Source: an uncultured Candidatus Poseidoniales archaeon
Lineage (GTDB): Archaea > Thermoplasmatota > Poseidoniia > Poseidoniales > Thalassarchaeaceae
Assembly: GCA_964563355.1 (NCBI GenBank)
Contig: CAZLVU010000004.1
Coordinates: 17,733-81,732 of the forward strand
DNA length: 64,000 nt
Direction of reading: 5' to 3'
How positions within the stretch are numbered: position 1 is the first letter of the stretch; each line of letters opens with the position of its first letter. The notes under the pieces were generated by a model that was given only the letters and a program-made list of their open reading frames with translations, made no database searches and was not told the DNA's origin. Position numbers and translations under genes: made by a program. Shown one piece after another: positions 1 to 9,691 of this stretch.

Positions 1-683
1 ACCATCCTCTCTAGGTCATCAGCCCTTGACTGTATGGTGAGCATCTCCCCCTGGACCGAATGAGGCTGCTTGTCAATCCCCATCACCAAGGAATCACTTG
101 CGTCCTCGAGCACGGCCTTGGTGGGAAGGGACTGGAAATCGAAATCACTGGGGATAGCGATGAGTGGGGTCTCGTCGGTTTTCTCGACAGGCAAGTCCTC
201 AAATGTTGCCGCCTTCAGCCCGTTTCTCCTCAGGCTCCTCTTTATCCGTCCCCAACCGTTCACCTGGCTGGTCAAAACCCCAGCCACCCTCCCCATGAGC
301 ACTGTCCGGTTTCCAGTCAGGTTCAGTTCCAGCCTCTTGCAAAGCTCGTGAAGATCGTCCCTACTCATTTCAGCGAGATGCTCGATGGTCATCCTCCTGG
401 AGTCGTAGCTCAGATGTAACCACAATCGCTGCCGTCTCTCCTTGTGCGAACCCGATGACTTGATGCCGAAAACCTTCAGGACCTCCCCGATTTCCTTGTG
501 GGACATTGACTGAATCCCATCCCACGTCAGGTCTAGGTCAGGTAAAACCTCCTCACAGATCAGCTTCGCTCGAAGTACCTCGACCGAGCCACTCTTCGGG
601 ATGCCGCACTCCTCGGCCCTCTGCCTCAGTTTCTGAAGTCTCCCCGTATACAGGGAACTGAGCAATTCAGTGTCTATCTGCAT
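1..683 (-). CDS. SAP-domain repeat protein (runs off the window start)
   Basis: Manually translated open frame from ATG at 683 (MQIDTELLSSLYTGRLQKLRQRAEECGIPKSGSVEVLRAKL...). Three SAP-like motifs: LRQRAEECGIPKSGSVEVLRAKL, IGEVLKVFGIKSSGSHKERRQRL, LHELCKRLELNLTGNRTVLMGRV. Absent from the ORF track because no stop falls in the window. Confidence 0.7.
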   Translation of the reverse strand, partial: MQIDTELLSSLYTGRLQKLRQRAEECGIPKSGSVEVLRAKLICEEVLPDLDLTWDGIQSMSHKEIGEVLKVFGIKSSGSHKERRQRLWLHLSYDSRRMTIEHLAEMSRDDLHELCKRLELNLTGNRTVLMGRVAGVLTSQVNGWGRIKRSLRRNGLKAATFEDLPVEKTDETPLIAIPSDFDFQSLPTKAVLEDASDSLVMGIDKQPHSVQGEMLTIQSRADDLERM

Positions 684-770
684 GGCAACAACAGTATCCG
701 CCCAATGGGGATTAGTTATCGATTGCCCCGATGGGCAGCAGAATCTTGGGATTTTGCGCCGAACCTAGCT

Positions 771-1883
771 TCACGAGTCGTGTAGTTGGATGAATGGCGG
801 AGCGAGGGCATCAGACGGATGGTCTCTGGGGACTTCTCGAGAAGTCTCAGCTAGCAATTGGCCCCAATCCCTTAACAGGGATATTGTGGCATGCTGGAAA
901 TCCGATCGGGGGATCAAGCGGTGCAGCTGAAGAGTCCTGCGACCGTCTGCAGAGATAATCTCCATCCTAACCTCAACCCTTACCTCGTCCTCCTTTACCT
1001 CTCCCTCGGGATTGTGGCATGCATCGAGCATTACCAGGTCCTTTTCCTCTTCTGCCTCCCTGATGAGAGAGCCGACCTGCCGGTGCCTGACCTGTATGCC
1101 TAGGAGCTCGAATAGATCTTCGTCAAGGGATCCGAGGATTCGGCTCTGGATCCAGAGCACGGTGTTTCCCTCCGGCTCTGTGACAAGCTCAGCCGTCGCC
1201 TTGGGGAAACCTCTCCTTCCAACAATCACAATCAGATCCGAATAGGGTTTGGGAAGGAAGTGTGGACCGCCCCGTTCCTTGGGGGATGGCATCAAGGTGT
1301 GACGTCGCTCCGTTTGTCCGGAGTTCTCGTATTCCGCCCTTGAAATCACGAAACCGTCTATGATCCCTGAATCCAGCATCTGACCCAGCCACCTTGCTCT
1401 GTCAATGTCATCTGACGGAGCCTTTTTGCCTCGGGGCCCGGCTTTGACATCGTCAGGGGAAATGACCGTGAGATCCGGTCGAGCTCTCATAAATTGCCTA
1501 CGGACGAGATTGGAATCGGACACTATTATGGCAGATTTTGGTTGGTAGAACAGCCGATTGGGAGAGACGAGGACCAGGTTTGGCCTCCGGGGCGTCCTAG
1601 CGCCGATAACTGAGCACCCAGATTCGGCAATCAGGGCTTCGTTGCCCCGCATGATGGAAGCCGGCATGGCCAATAAATCCGAATCCCCCGCTACGAGTTT
1701 TAGTAGTCCCACTTCCAAATCAGGTGCTTTTTGGACGGATGGCTGAAATCTATCAGAGATGGGGGATTCGGAGAAAGACAAGAGCTCGGAGTGGACATTG
1801 CAGTCAGAGGAGTCGAGTGTCCAGACTATTAGCCGTTTGTCCATCGCGTCCACCTCATGGGAGGGAGCAGTCGTGGTGCCCAT
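771..1883 (-). CDS. Divergent porphobilinogen deaminase (HemC)-fold protein
   Basis: Segments align by eye to HemC (RRPNLVLVS..LFYQPKSAIIVSDSNLVRRQFMRARPDL; IDGFVISRA; FLPKPYSDLIVIVGR), but the catalytic motifs are degenerate. Confidence 0.55.
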   Translation of the reverse strand: MGTTTAPSHEVDAMDKRLIVWTLDSSDCNVHSELLSFSESPISDRFQPSVQKAPDLEVGLLKLVAGDSDLLAMPASIMRGNEALIAESGCSVIGARTPRRPNLVLVSPNRLFYQPKSAIIVSDSNLVRRQFMRARPDLTVISPDDVKAGPRGKKAPSDDIDRARWLGQMLDSGIIDGFVISRAEYENSGQTERRHTLMPSPKERGGPHFLPKPYSDLIVIVGRRGFPKATAELVTEPEGNTVLWIQSRILGSLDEDLFELLGIQVRHRQVGSLIREAEEEKDLVMLDACHNPEGEVKEDEVRVEVRMEIISADGRRTLQLHRLIPRSDFQHATISLLRDWGQLLAETSREVPRDHPSDALAPPFIQLHDS

Positions 1884-1936
1884 CAGAGCCGCGTGAGCAC
1901 TTGTTGATATATGCGACCCTTGGGAGTTGACTCAGA

Positions 1937-2920
1937 ATGAAGGCCGTCCCAAGCTACTCCAAATCCATTGAATCTGTTCGGAATGAGTTCGAGGATGCTC
2001 TAGAGGGACTAGTAGTTGAGCGAATGAGCTCGAAAAACAACCGACCAGCGATGGAAATCGCTAGGGACGTGTTGATGGCTGGTGGAAAGAGGTACAGGCC
2101 CATATTGGGCCTACTTGCGTACGAAGCCATGGGTGGCAAAGATAAGAGCGAGGTGATGAATTTGGCCCTCTCGGCTGAACTGATCCACACCGCGACTTTG
2201 GTTCATGACGACATTTACGACCAAGCCAAGACGAGGCGTGGGAAGCCCACCATTCACACCACCCATGGTTTGGCCCATGCAATCATCGTTGGGGATTACC
2301 TCTTCGCCTTGGGCTACGAGCTAGGTGCGAATTACAATCCTGAAGTTGTCGACAGGGTTGGTGCCTCGTGCGCGGGGGTGGCATCCGGCGAGCTGCTCCA
2401 ATTCAAACACATAGGGGACCTAGGGACGAAACCGGAGGACTACTATGCCATCATCGATGGCAAGACTGCTGGCCCATTCGCAACTGGTTGCTCCTGTGCC
2501 GGAATAGTTGCCGAGGCCGGCCGTGAGGAAATCGATAGAATGTGGCACTTCGGTTTGGAGCTGGGGCGAGCCTTCCAACTGGTGGATGACTTGTTGGACA
2601 TCACAGGTGACGAATCCATAGGAAAACCGAGGGGGACTGATGTGCACGAAGGGAAGATGACTCTGCCAATCATCCACTCTCTGACGATGCTTCACGGACT
2701 GGATCGGGAACAACTTGCCGATGTCATCACCAACTTCAGCGATGACAGGTGGGGTGAACTATACGAGCTTCTTGAGCGATCAGATTCCTTAGAATACACA
2801 AGGCTGCTAATCTCAAATCACGTCGACAGAGCCAAAGAGCAACTTCACTGGCTTCCGAGTTCCGGAGCGAGGGATCTAATGGCTGAGATAGTGGAGATGT
2901 CAAAGACAAGGACGAAGTAA
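1937..2920 (+). CDS. trans-polyprenyl diphosphate synthase
   Basis: GGKRYRP, FARM LVHDDIYD followed by RRG, GKT, SARM FQLVDDLLD, GKPRGTDVHEGKMTLP. Confidence 0.92.
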   Translation: MKAVPSYSKSIESVRNEFEDALEGLVVERMSSKNNRPAMEIARDVLMAGGKRYRPILGLLAYEAMGGKDKSEVMNLALSAELIHTATLVHDDIYDQAKTRRGKPTIHTTHGLAHAIIVGDYLFALGYELGANYNPEVVDRVGASCAGVASGELLQFKHIGDLGTKPEDYYAIIDGKTAGPFATGCSCAGIVAEAGREEIDRMWHFGLELGRAFQLVDDLLDITGDESIGKPRGTDVHEGKMTLPIIHSLTMLHGLDREQLADVITNFSDDRWGELYELLERSDSLEYTRLLISNHVDRAKEQLHWLPSSGARDLMAEIVEMSKTRTK

Positions 2921-2935
2921 GTCAGGAGTGGCTAG

Positions 2936-4036
2936 ATGCATGACGATGAGAGTTGGGACGTCATCATAGTCGGCGGCGGCCCGGCCGGTAGCACGACTGC
3001 AAGATACGCGGCCAGTGGCGGACTGAGAGTTCTTGTCGTCGACGCAAGAGATCCCATAGGCTCCCCCCTGCAGTGCGGGGAGCTGGTTCCCTCCAACGAA
3101 GAGATGGGTCGATTGTGCCCAGATGTGCCAGACATGGATGAGCTGTTCAGGACTCCCGAGAGTGCAATCTCTAGAAGGACCGAAAGGATGCGTCTTGTCC
3201 CCCCTGGAGGCAGGGCGCTGGAGTTTGACTTCGAAGGTGTTGTGCTAAACCGGGTCGCTCATGACGAAGCTTTGGTAGAGTTGGCCGCCTCTAACGGCGC
3301 TGAGTTCCTACTCGGGACGCGTGTTGAGAGAGTTGATGGTGCCCGTGTGCTGCTAAAAGACGGGCGGGTTCTGAATGGGAAGGTGATCGTGGGTGCCGGT
3401 GGACACAATGACCCCATCAGGAGGCAGCTTTGGGACGAAGAACCACTGAACATCCCAGTGAAATTCGTCCTAATGGAGGGCTCCCACACCGATGCGGTGG
3501 AGCTGCACTTCGGCTCTGTAGCCCCCGGTGGGTACGCGTGGGTATTCCCCAAAGATGGGGGGTCAAACATCGGGTTGGGAATTCAGAGGGGCATGGCAAG
3601 GGGTAAGAGTCTAAACGAATATGCAGAAGGCTTCATTTCGAGGTATGATGGAGAAATCACCTTCAGAGGAGCTGGGGCACTTCCCATCTCAGGCTCTATA
3701 GGATCCTTTGTCAGAGGAAACTGCCTTCTTGTGGGAGATTCGGCTGGAATGGTGCTTCCCTCCAATGGCGCTGGCATTACTATAGCAATGATTGGTGGTC
3801 GAATTGCGGGACAGGTTATCGTCGAGCACCTGAATGAAGGTTTGGACCTCACAGAGTTCCAAAGTCGTTGGAACGTGCAGATGGGGAAAGTAATGAGGAA
3901 CTCGAAACGCTCTTTCAGAATTGGCAGCCTCGTGTTCCGATCTCCAGATTGGCTACTCAGGTTACTCTTCAATCGTTTTACAAAGCAGTTCATTTGGCGG
4001 GCGGTGACTTGTCGCCCCATACTCTGGCTATGGTGA
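2936..4036 (+). CDS. Geranylgeranyl reductase family flavoprotein (DGGGPL reductase-like)
   Basis: DVIIVGGGPAGS FAD motif, CGE, PGGYAWVFP, LVGDSAG..P.NGAGI. Confidence 0.88.
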   Translation: MHDDESWDVIIVGGGPAGSTTARYAASGGLRVLVVDARDPIGSPLQCGELVPSNEEMGRLCPDVPDMDELFRTPESAISRRTERMRLVPPGGRALEFDFEGVVLNRVAHDEALVELAASNGAEFLLGTRVERVDGARVLLKDGRVLNGKVIVGAGGHNDPIRRQLWDEEPLNIPVKFVLMEGSHTDAVELHFGSVAPGGYAWVFPKDGGSNIGLGIQRGMARGKSLNEYAEGFISRYDGEITFRGAGALPISGSIGSFVRGNCLLVGDSAGMVLPSNGAGITIAMIGGRIAGQVIVEHLNEGLDLTEFQSRWNVQMGKVMRNSKRSFRIGSLVFRSPDWLLRLLFNRFTKQFIWRAVTCRPILWLW

Positions 4037-4738
4037 ATGGGCCTCCCAAATTGTGGCCATGCCCGGGAAAACTACCTTGGCGTTGACTCCGACGAATCCG
4101 ACTTCCTCTAGCATCCTGACATAGTCACCTGTAGTCCCAAAACTAACGTAGGTCTTTGTTAGCCACCTCCATGGATGCTCTCCGCTTCTGAAAAAGACCC
4201 GTGCCAACGATCCGACCCAGACCCTCATCCATAGCCACCCTAGAAAACCATGCAGCCTGTTGATCTTTGCAGGATCTACAATGACCAGTTTCCCCCCTGG
4301 CCTCAGCACCCTCAGAACCTCCCTGAGACCTGCTCTTTTGTCGTACCAGTCCCGGAATGAGAATAACGAGCAGACCGCGTCGAAGCATTGGTCATCAAAT
4401 GGCATGTCCTCCGCTACCCCCACGATGAACTCGGCGCGGCGGTCACCGCGGGCCTCCCTCTTTGGATTGACCCGGGACTCAGCGACTCGGATCATTTCAG
4501 GAATTGGGTCCAGACACACTAGATCACAGCCCCGGACATCCTCAGCGAAGCTCCCGGGGCCGCATCCAATCTCCAGCAAACTGCAGTTGGCCGGTAGTCG
4601 TCTGCGAACCATCCTGCGCCAACGGGATACTTGCCCGAGGGTGGCGAGTCGGTTTATCCGGTCGTATGCCGGGATTGCAGCCTCGAGATTGCGTTGAAGC
4701 TCATTCCAGTCATCGAGACCCATCCGCTCCGCATCCAT
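4028..4738 (-). CDS. UbiE/MenG-like class I SAM methyltransferase
   Basis: YDRINRLATLG..WRR, LLEIGCGPG, AEDMPFDDQCFD, LREVLRVLRPGG. Confidence 0.82.
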   Translation of the reverse strand: MDAERMGLDDWNELQRNLEAAIPAYDRINRLATLGQVSRWRRMVRRRLPANCSLLEIGCGPGSFAEDVRGCDLVCLDPIPEMIRVAESRVNPKREARGDRRAEFIVGVAEDMPFDDQCFDAVCSLFSFRDWYDKRAGLREVLRVLRPGGKLVIVDPAKINRLHGFLGWLWMRVWVGSLARVFFRSGEHPWRWLTKTYVSFGTTGDYVRMLEEVGFVGVNAKVVFPGMATIWEAHSP

Positions 4739-4861
4739 AAGCCTCCCTGCGATAACACATATTTGGTTGAATCCCGCACAAAACCAACGAATAATCGAAG
4801 GAATGACATGGTCAAAGTGATATACTGTTCGTCATTCGCCGATGTCACCGAAGGTGACACA

Positions 4862-5179
4862 ATGGGAAGGGAAGTAGTTCTACGCGCTATCAAAGACGCA
4901 GAGAGCGAAGCCAGGGCTATTCGGGCAGCGGCCGAGGCCAAGGCCAATGAGACGATCTCGAGCGCCAGAGTAAAGGCAACTGAAGCCTCTAGAGCGGGTC
5001 GTCAGGGTGCTGACGAGGACGCAGCTTCCCTGATCAGTGAAGCGCGTGCTTCGTCGGACATGGAAGCCGCTGCAGTCTCCGAGCAAGGTGATGCCCAGCT
5101 GAAGCAGGTAGCAGCCGACGGAGAAAAGAACCGAGATTCGGCAGTAGGTGTGGTCCTATCCGCGTTCAGTGGAGACTGA
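4862..5179 (+). CDS. atpH: A/V-type ATP synthase subunit H (G)
   Basis: Ala/Glu-rich coiled coil MGREVVLRAIKDAESEA... as the first gene of the atp operon; GGTGA upstream of ATG 4862. Confidence 0.8.
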   Translation: MGREVVLRAIKDAESEARAIRAAAEAKANETISSARVKATEASRAGRQGADEDAASLISEARASSDMEAAAVSEQGDAQLKQVAADGEKNRDSAVGVVLSAFSGD

Positions 5180-5201
5180 ACGGAACTCAGGAGGCACCAG
5201 C

Positions 5202-7328
5202 ATGAGCCAGTTGACCACGGAGAAAATGTCACGGATTATCGCGGCGGGCACGAGAGATCAGCTCAAGACGGCCATTGACGTGGTGGCCGGACTTTCTCTA
5301 ATCCACATCAACGACTTCAACAGCAATGAGGCCGGTATGGCTATGGGTAGCCCGACCGAAGAGTCCGAGGATATCAGTCGTAAGCTAACAAAGGTCCGGG
5401 GTGCTGCAGCGCAAATGGATTCCAACGACCAGAGAGAGCTGATGCCTGCACCAGAAGTTCGCAGGAGCCTTTCCGGAATCGAGGACCTAGTTGATTCTGC
5501 CCTAAAGAGATTCGATGAAATAGATGACTTGGATAACGAGGCCTCTCAGATCGATGAAGATCTGGAGATCTTGGAACTGCTTGCCCCCCTTAGCCTCGAA
5601 TTGGACTTGATGGGGGGTTACGAAAGTGTGGCCGCATTCATTGGAACCGTGTCTTCGCTTTCGAAGGCCAGACCAGCTCTAGCGGGCCTTGGAAACTCAG
5701 TGATCCACATGAGCAGCGAAGTCTCCAAGAAAGACGTCGTTGCAGTTTTCTGCAGAAACGATGACGCTAACATGGTGCAGGATGTTTTGTCCGGTCACGA
5801 TTTCCAGGCAATTGCCATCCCCGAGTCTGAAGGGATGCCTTCCGAGAGGATTGCTGCTCTGAATTCCCGATCGGGGGAGATAGTATCCAGAAAAGAAGAG
5901 CTTGAAGCCGATATTTCAGAATGGGGGGAGCGAAACGGGGGGGTGCTATTCGGTGGAATGGAGCTACTGGAGAGGGATCTGGAGCTCGCGACAGCCCCCG
6001 TTAGGGTGGCCGTGAGCGACCACGCATTCGTTATCGATGGGTGGATACGCTCAGAGAAGTCCTCACAAGTCGAGGCTGCCCTCTCGAGAGTTTGCACGCA
6101 CGTAAGTATCGATGAGTTCATGCCTCCTGCTCACAGTAGCCACCACCACGAAGTAAAGGAGGAAATGCCCCCAATCGCTTTCTCCCCCCGTCATTACAGC
6201 GAACCCTTCGAGATGTTGACTGATGTTATGGGCAGGCCCGCTTACGGGAGAATCGACCCTACGTTCTTCATGTTCCTGACCTATCCGCTATTCTTCGGCT
6301 TGATTCTGGGTGACATGGCCTATGGGTTGGCTGTAATTGGTTTGGCCATGTTCATCAGGCGACGTTTCCCTATCGACAAGACGATGGTCAATGTGGCTGG
6401 ATTCCTGTCCATTATTGGGTTCGCGACGCTAATTTTCGGGTATATCTACGGGGAGTTCGCTGGCTTCGAGTTCCTGCCCCACGGTCACTGTGACATCGAG
6501 GGGGTAATCGGCGTTTCTCAGTGTGAGGCTGCCCATGGACACTACCACTGGGAGCATGCACACGCCCCTTGGTGGGTGGCTTGGATGACCAACTTGTACC
6601 CCAACGGGGGAGAGTTCTACGCCGTTTGGGAAGGCCCGGTTGGAATCGTCCTTGCCTACCCATTCCACAGGGTTTCGTCCAACCTTGAGAACCTAATTCT
6701 GATTACAATATACATGGGAGTCCTCCACGTGATGTTGGGGCTTATTCTGGGCTTCAGAGACATCTACAAGTCCCACGGTTTCATCGACGCCCTATTCGAG
6801 AAGGGTTCGTGGATGACGGTATTAGTTGGAGGGTTCATCTTCTCTTACGCCTTCCTCGTCGAGTCTGCCTCTGACATGATGGTTCCGGGAGCCGCGATCA
6901 CCGCAGTAGGGGTGGTTATGGTGATGGTCCTGCTCGCCCACTACGAGAAGATGGGGGTCATTGGAATCCCCCTGGGAGTTCTTGAGTCCCTGGGGATGCT
7001 GCCTAAGGTTGTCTCCTATGTCAGGTTGTTCGCGGTTGGGGTGGTCGGCGTCAAGATAGCGGCAACTGGAAACGAGATGATTTACGAGGGTATGGCTCAT
7101 ACCCTCTCTGACATCTCCCATGCAACGGCCATTGAATTGGCACTAGTTCCAATCATGTTCATCGGCTGGCTGCTAGTACAGCTTTTCGCCTTAGTTTTGG
7201 GCGTTTTCAGCCCGAATATACACACTGTACGATTGCACTTCGTAGAGTGGATGATGCAGTTCTACGAGGGGAGCGGCCTGCCCTTCAAAGCATTCGGTTT
7301 TGAACCGAAGAGAGTAGAGGTCGAGTGA
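5202..7328 (+). CDS. atpI: A/V-type ATP synthase subunit I (a)
   Basis: IDPT..PLFFGLILGD, VVSYVRLFA, IHTVRLHFVEW; GGAGG RBS before ATG 5202. Confidence 0.95.
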   Translation: MSQLTTEKMSRIIAAGTRDQLKTAIDVVAGLSLIHINDFNSNEAGMAMGSPTEESEDISRKLTKVRGAAAQMDSNDQRELMPAPEVRRSLSGIEDLVDSALKRFDEIDDLDNEASQIDEDLEILELLAPLSLELDLMGGYESVAAFIGTVSSLSKARPALAGLGNSVIHMSSEVSKKDVVAVFCRNDDANMVQDVLSGHDFQAIAIPESEGMPSERIAALNSRSGEIVSRKEELEADISEWGERNGGVLFGGMELLERDLELATAPVRVAVSDHAFVIDGWIRSEKSSQVEAALSRVCTHVSIDEFMPPAHSSHHHEVKEEMPPIAFSPRHYSEPFEMLTDVMGRPAYGRIDPTFFMFLTYPLFFGLILGDMAYGLAVIGLAMFIRRRFPIDKTMVNVAGFLSIIGFATLIFGYIYGEFAGFEFLPHGHCDIEGVIGVSQCEAAHGHYHWEHAHAPWWVAWMTNLYPNGGEFYAVWEGPVGIVLAYPFHRVSSNLENLILITIYMGVLHVMLGLILGFRDIYKSHGFIDALFEKGSWMTVLVGGFIFSYAFLVESASDMMVPGAAITAVGVVMVMVLLAHYEKMGVIGIPLGVLESLGMLPKVVSYVRLFAVGVVGVKIAATGNEMIYEGMAHTLSDISHATAIELALVPIMFIGWLLVQLFALVLGVFSPNIHTVRLHFVEWMMQFYEGSGLPFKAFGFEPKRVEVE

Positions 7329-7364
7329 CACTCACCAAGTGAGAAAAAATACGGAGGAAAAAAC

Positions 7365-7685
7365 ATGGAAAACAAGATGAGAATGGCATACCGCATACTG
7401 ATGATTGCGTTCTCGGTGACTCTGGTCGCCGGTATCGTAACCGCACAGGAAGCGGAGGCAAGCACTGGAGAAACGGTAACTAAGGAGACGATGGCCCAGC
7501 TAGGCGCAGGAATAGCACTGGCAGGGTGCGGTATCGGTACAGGACTGGCACAAGGCCCGATTGGGGCAGCTGCGGTAGGCATGATTGCTGAAGACGGCTC
7601 AAAATTCGGAGTTGGACTTCTGTTCACTGTGCTACCTGAGACCATTGTTCTGTTCGGATTCCTATCTATCTACCTGCTTGGTTAG
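7365..7685 (+). CDS. atpK: A/V-type ATP synthase proteolipid subunit K (c)
   Basis: Gly-rich hairpin GIGTGLAQGPIGAAAVG and carboxylate motif LPETIVLFG. Confidence 0.95.
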   Translation: MENKMRMAYRILMIAFSVTLVAGIVTAQEAEASTGETVTKETMAQLGAGIALAGCGIGTGLAQGPIGAAAVGMIAEDGSKFGVGLLFTVLPETIVLFGFLSIYLLG

Positions 7686-7717
7686 ATTGTTCGGAATTCA
7701 GGATCAGGAGGGTGCAG

Positions 7718-8284
7718 ATGTCACTAGAAAAGCTTGCAGGCGAGATTAAGGCAATGGCCGAGGCTGAAGCCGGGAAGGTCACTGACGAGGCTGAGGCTGA
7801 AGCGAAAATTATACTGGAAGGAGCGGCAGAACAAGTTACGGAGTACCGTGATTCTGCTATTTCTCGTGCTGAAAAGATGAGTGGGCAAATCTCGGTTGAG
7901 AGTATCGCAGCGGCTCGTCAGAGGAACCAGAAAAGGTTGCTCGTTGCGCATCGCGCGGAGCTTGATGCGACGTGGGAGGAAGTGGTCTCACAGGTTGGCT
8001 CAGCGAATCTGAAGGGACGTCAAAAGATGCTCAATTCCCTCATCAAACAAGCAAAATCTGAATCCGGAGCTGGAATGATTCTTCGACCCGTGGCTTTGGA
8101 TCGAAAGGCGCTGAATAAGGGATCTAGCGGGTTCAAGATGGGCGAAGACGTCGAGGGCTTGGGTGGATTCGTACTAGAGAACTCGGATGGATCCGTCACC
8201 ATGGACTATCGATTCGAGGGGCGCTTGCGTGAGGCCTGGGAAGCCAGCCTCGGTGAAGTAAGTAGTATTCTGTTTGGAGAATGA
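7718..8284 (+). CDS. atpE: A/V-type ATP synthase subunit E
   Basis: MSLEKL coiled coil, LGGFVLEN.DG...DYRF; operon position. Confidence 0.9.
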   Translation: MSLEKLAGEIKAMAEAEAGKVTDEAEAEAKIILEGAAEQVTEYRDSAISRAEKMSGQISVESIAAARQRNQKRLLVAHRAELDATWEEVVSQVGSANLKGRQKMLNSLIKQAKSESGAGMILRPVALDRKALNKGSSGFKMGEDVEGLGGFVLENSDGSVTMDYRFEGRLREAWEASLGEVSSILFGE

Positions 8285-8293
8285 GGTTGAATT

Positions 8294-9349
8294 ATGGCGG
8301 AGATTGCTGTAGGAAAGGGGAATTGGGCCAACGCCTCTGCGCGCAGCAAGGCGAGGAAGGCCAAGCTGCTGGACGAGACTAGGCTCCGTCAACTGATGAA
8401 GAGTGGCCCGGAAACCATAGCAGCCAGCATAGGTGAATTGGACTATAGGAAGGAACTGGACATATACTCGGCCCGCTTGAGTGGGGCTGACTTGGTGGAG
8501 GCTGCCATGAGGCATAATCTAGACAGGGAGCTGGCTGAGGTGATGGGTTTCTGTCAGGGACGATTGAAGCGGATAGTCTCCGTTTTTGCTCTTCGTTTCT
8601 CGTACAGCAACGCAAAGGCGGTTCTCCGTGCGGTCAATGGTGGAATCAATGCCGACAGTCTCGCAAATTCGGTACTACCGGACGAGAACGATCTGAATGT
8701 AAACTGGATCGAGATTGCTCGTCAGAGTGGCAGCCTACATGATGCTGCCATGGCTATGAAGGGATCTCCCTGGGGTGATGCGATTGCTGATCTGGATGCA
8801 GAAGCGACCCTGCAGGAGTACGAAGACGAGCTGGATCGGCATTACTACCACGAGGCTGTTTCTGCTCTGAAGTCAAGTGGCCAAAGGCACAGCCGTCTTC
8901 TCGGCTACCTAAGGACCGAAATCGATCACAGGAATATCGTGAACCTCTTCAGGGCACTACGACAGGGTCTTCCTGTCAAACAACGAACGAGTCTGGTCCT
9001 GGAAGGGGGGAGGGCTCTGCGGGACAGTATGCTGCGCAGTGCGGCTCAAGCTGAAACGGAAGAAGCTCTCATCGAGGTCCTGCGAAGAACAAAAATGGAC
9101 ACTGGCGAGCTGGAAGAAGCCCTGAGGAAATCTCACGACCATGGCGGCTTGGACCCGGTTGTAAGTTACCTCTCATCCCTCAGACGAGCCGAACTCCGTC
9201 GAATGAGCCACCTAAACCCCCTTTCTGCCTTCCCTGTAATCCACTACTTGGAGAGCAAGGTGCTAGAAGTCCAGAACCTCCGCCTGCTGGTGCGCGGCAA
9301 GGCGGTTGGACTGCCAGATGATGTTATTGAAGCGCACATGGCGTTCTGA
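8294..9349 (+). CDS. atpC: A/V-type ATP synthase subunit C
   Basis: NASARSKARKAKLL, EIDHRNI, EVQNLRLLVRGK; operon position. Confidence 0.92.
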   Translation: MAEIAVGKGNWANASARSKARKAKLLDETRLRQLMKSGPETIAASIGELDYRKELDIYSARLSGADLVEAAMRHNLDRELAEVMGFCQGRLKRIVSVFALRFSYSNAKAVLRAVNGGINADSLANSVLPDENDLNVNWIEIARQSGSLHDAAMAMKGSPWGDAIADLDAEATLQEYEDELDRHYYHEAVSALKSSGQRHSRLLGYLRTEIDHRNIVNLFRALRQGLPVKQRTSLVLEGGRALRDSMLRSAAQAETEEALIEVLRRTKMDTGELEEALRKSHDHGGLDPVVSYLSSLRRAELRRMSHLNPLSAFPVIHYLESKVLEVQNLRLLVRGKAVGLPDDVIEAHMAF

Positions 9350-9358
9350 GGTGAGAAG

Positions 9359-9658
9359 ATGGAGATAGCAGTAGTTGGCACTCCGGAATTCACCCTAGGA
9401 TTCCAGCTTGCGGGCATAATGCACCTGCACAACCCGGAGAGCGACGATGAGATGGGAAACACCCTCCGTTCGATGCTTGATGAAGACGAGGTCGGCATAA
9501 TCGTCGTTGATGCAACTGACCTGAATCGGATGCCGGACAAGCTGCGACAGCGGCTGTCCGACAGCATTTCGCCCACAGTACTGGGCATAGGGACTGAGGA
9601 GGACAACAGCCTCCGAGAGTCCATCAAATCGGCGTTAGGCGTCGATCTATGGAAGTAG
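9359..9658 (+). CDS. atpF: A/V-type ATP synthase subunit F
   Basis: MEIAVVG..EFTLGFQLAG, IKSALGVDL. Confidence 0.95.
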   Translation: MEIAVVGTPEFTLGFQLAGIMHLHNPESDDEMGNTLRSMLDEDEVGIIVVDATDLNRMPDKLRQRLSDSISPTVLGIGTEEDNSLRESIKSALGVDLWK

Positions 9659-9691
9659 ATTCCTCAAATACAAGGATAAGGAAGTGAAAAA

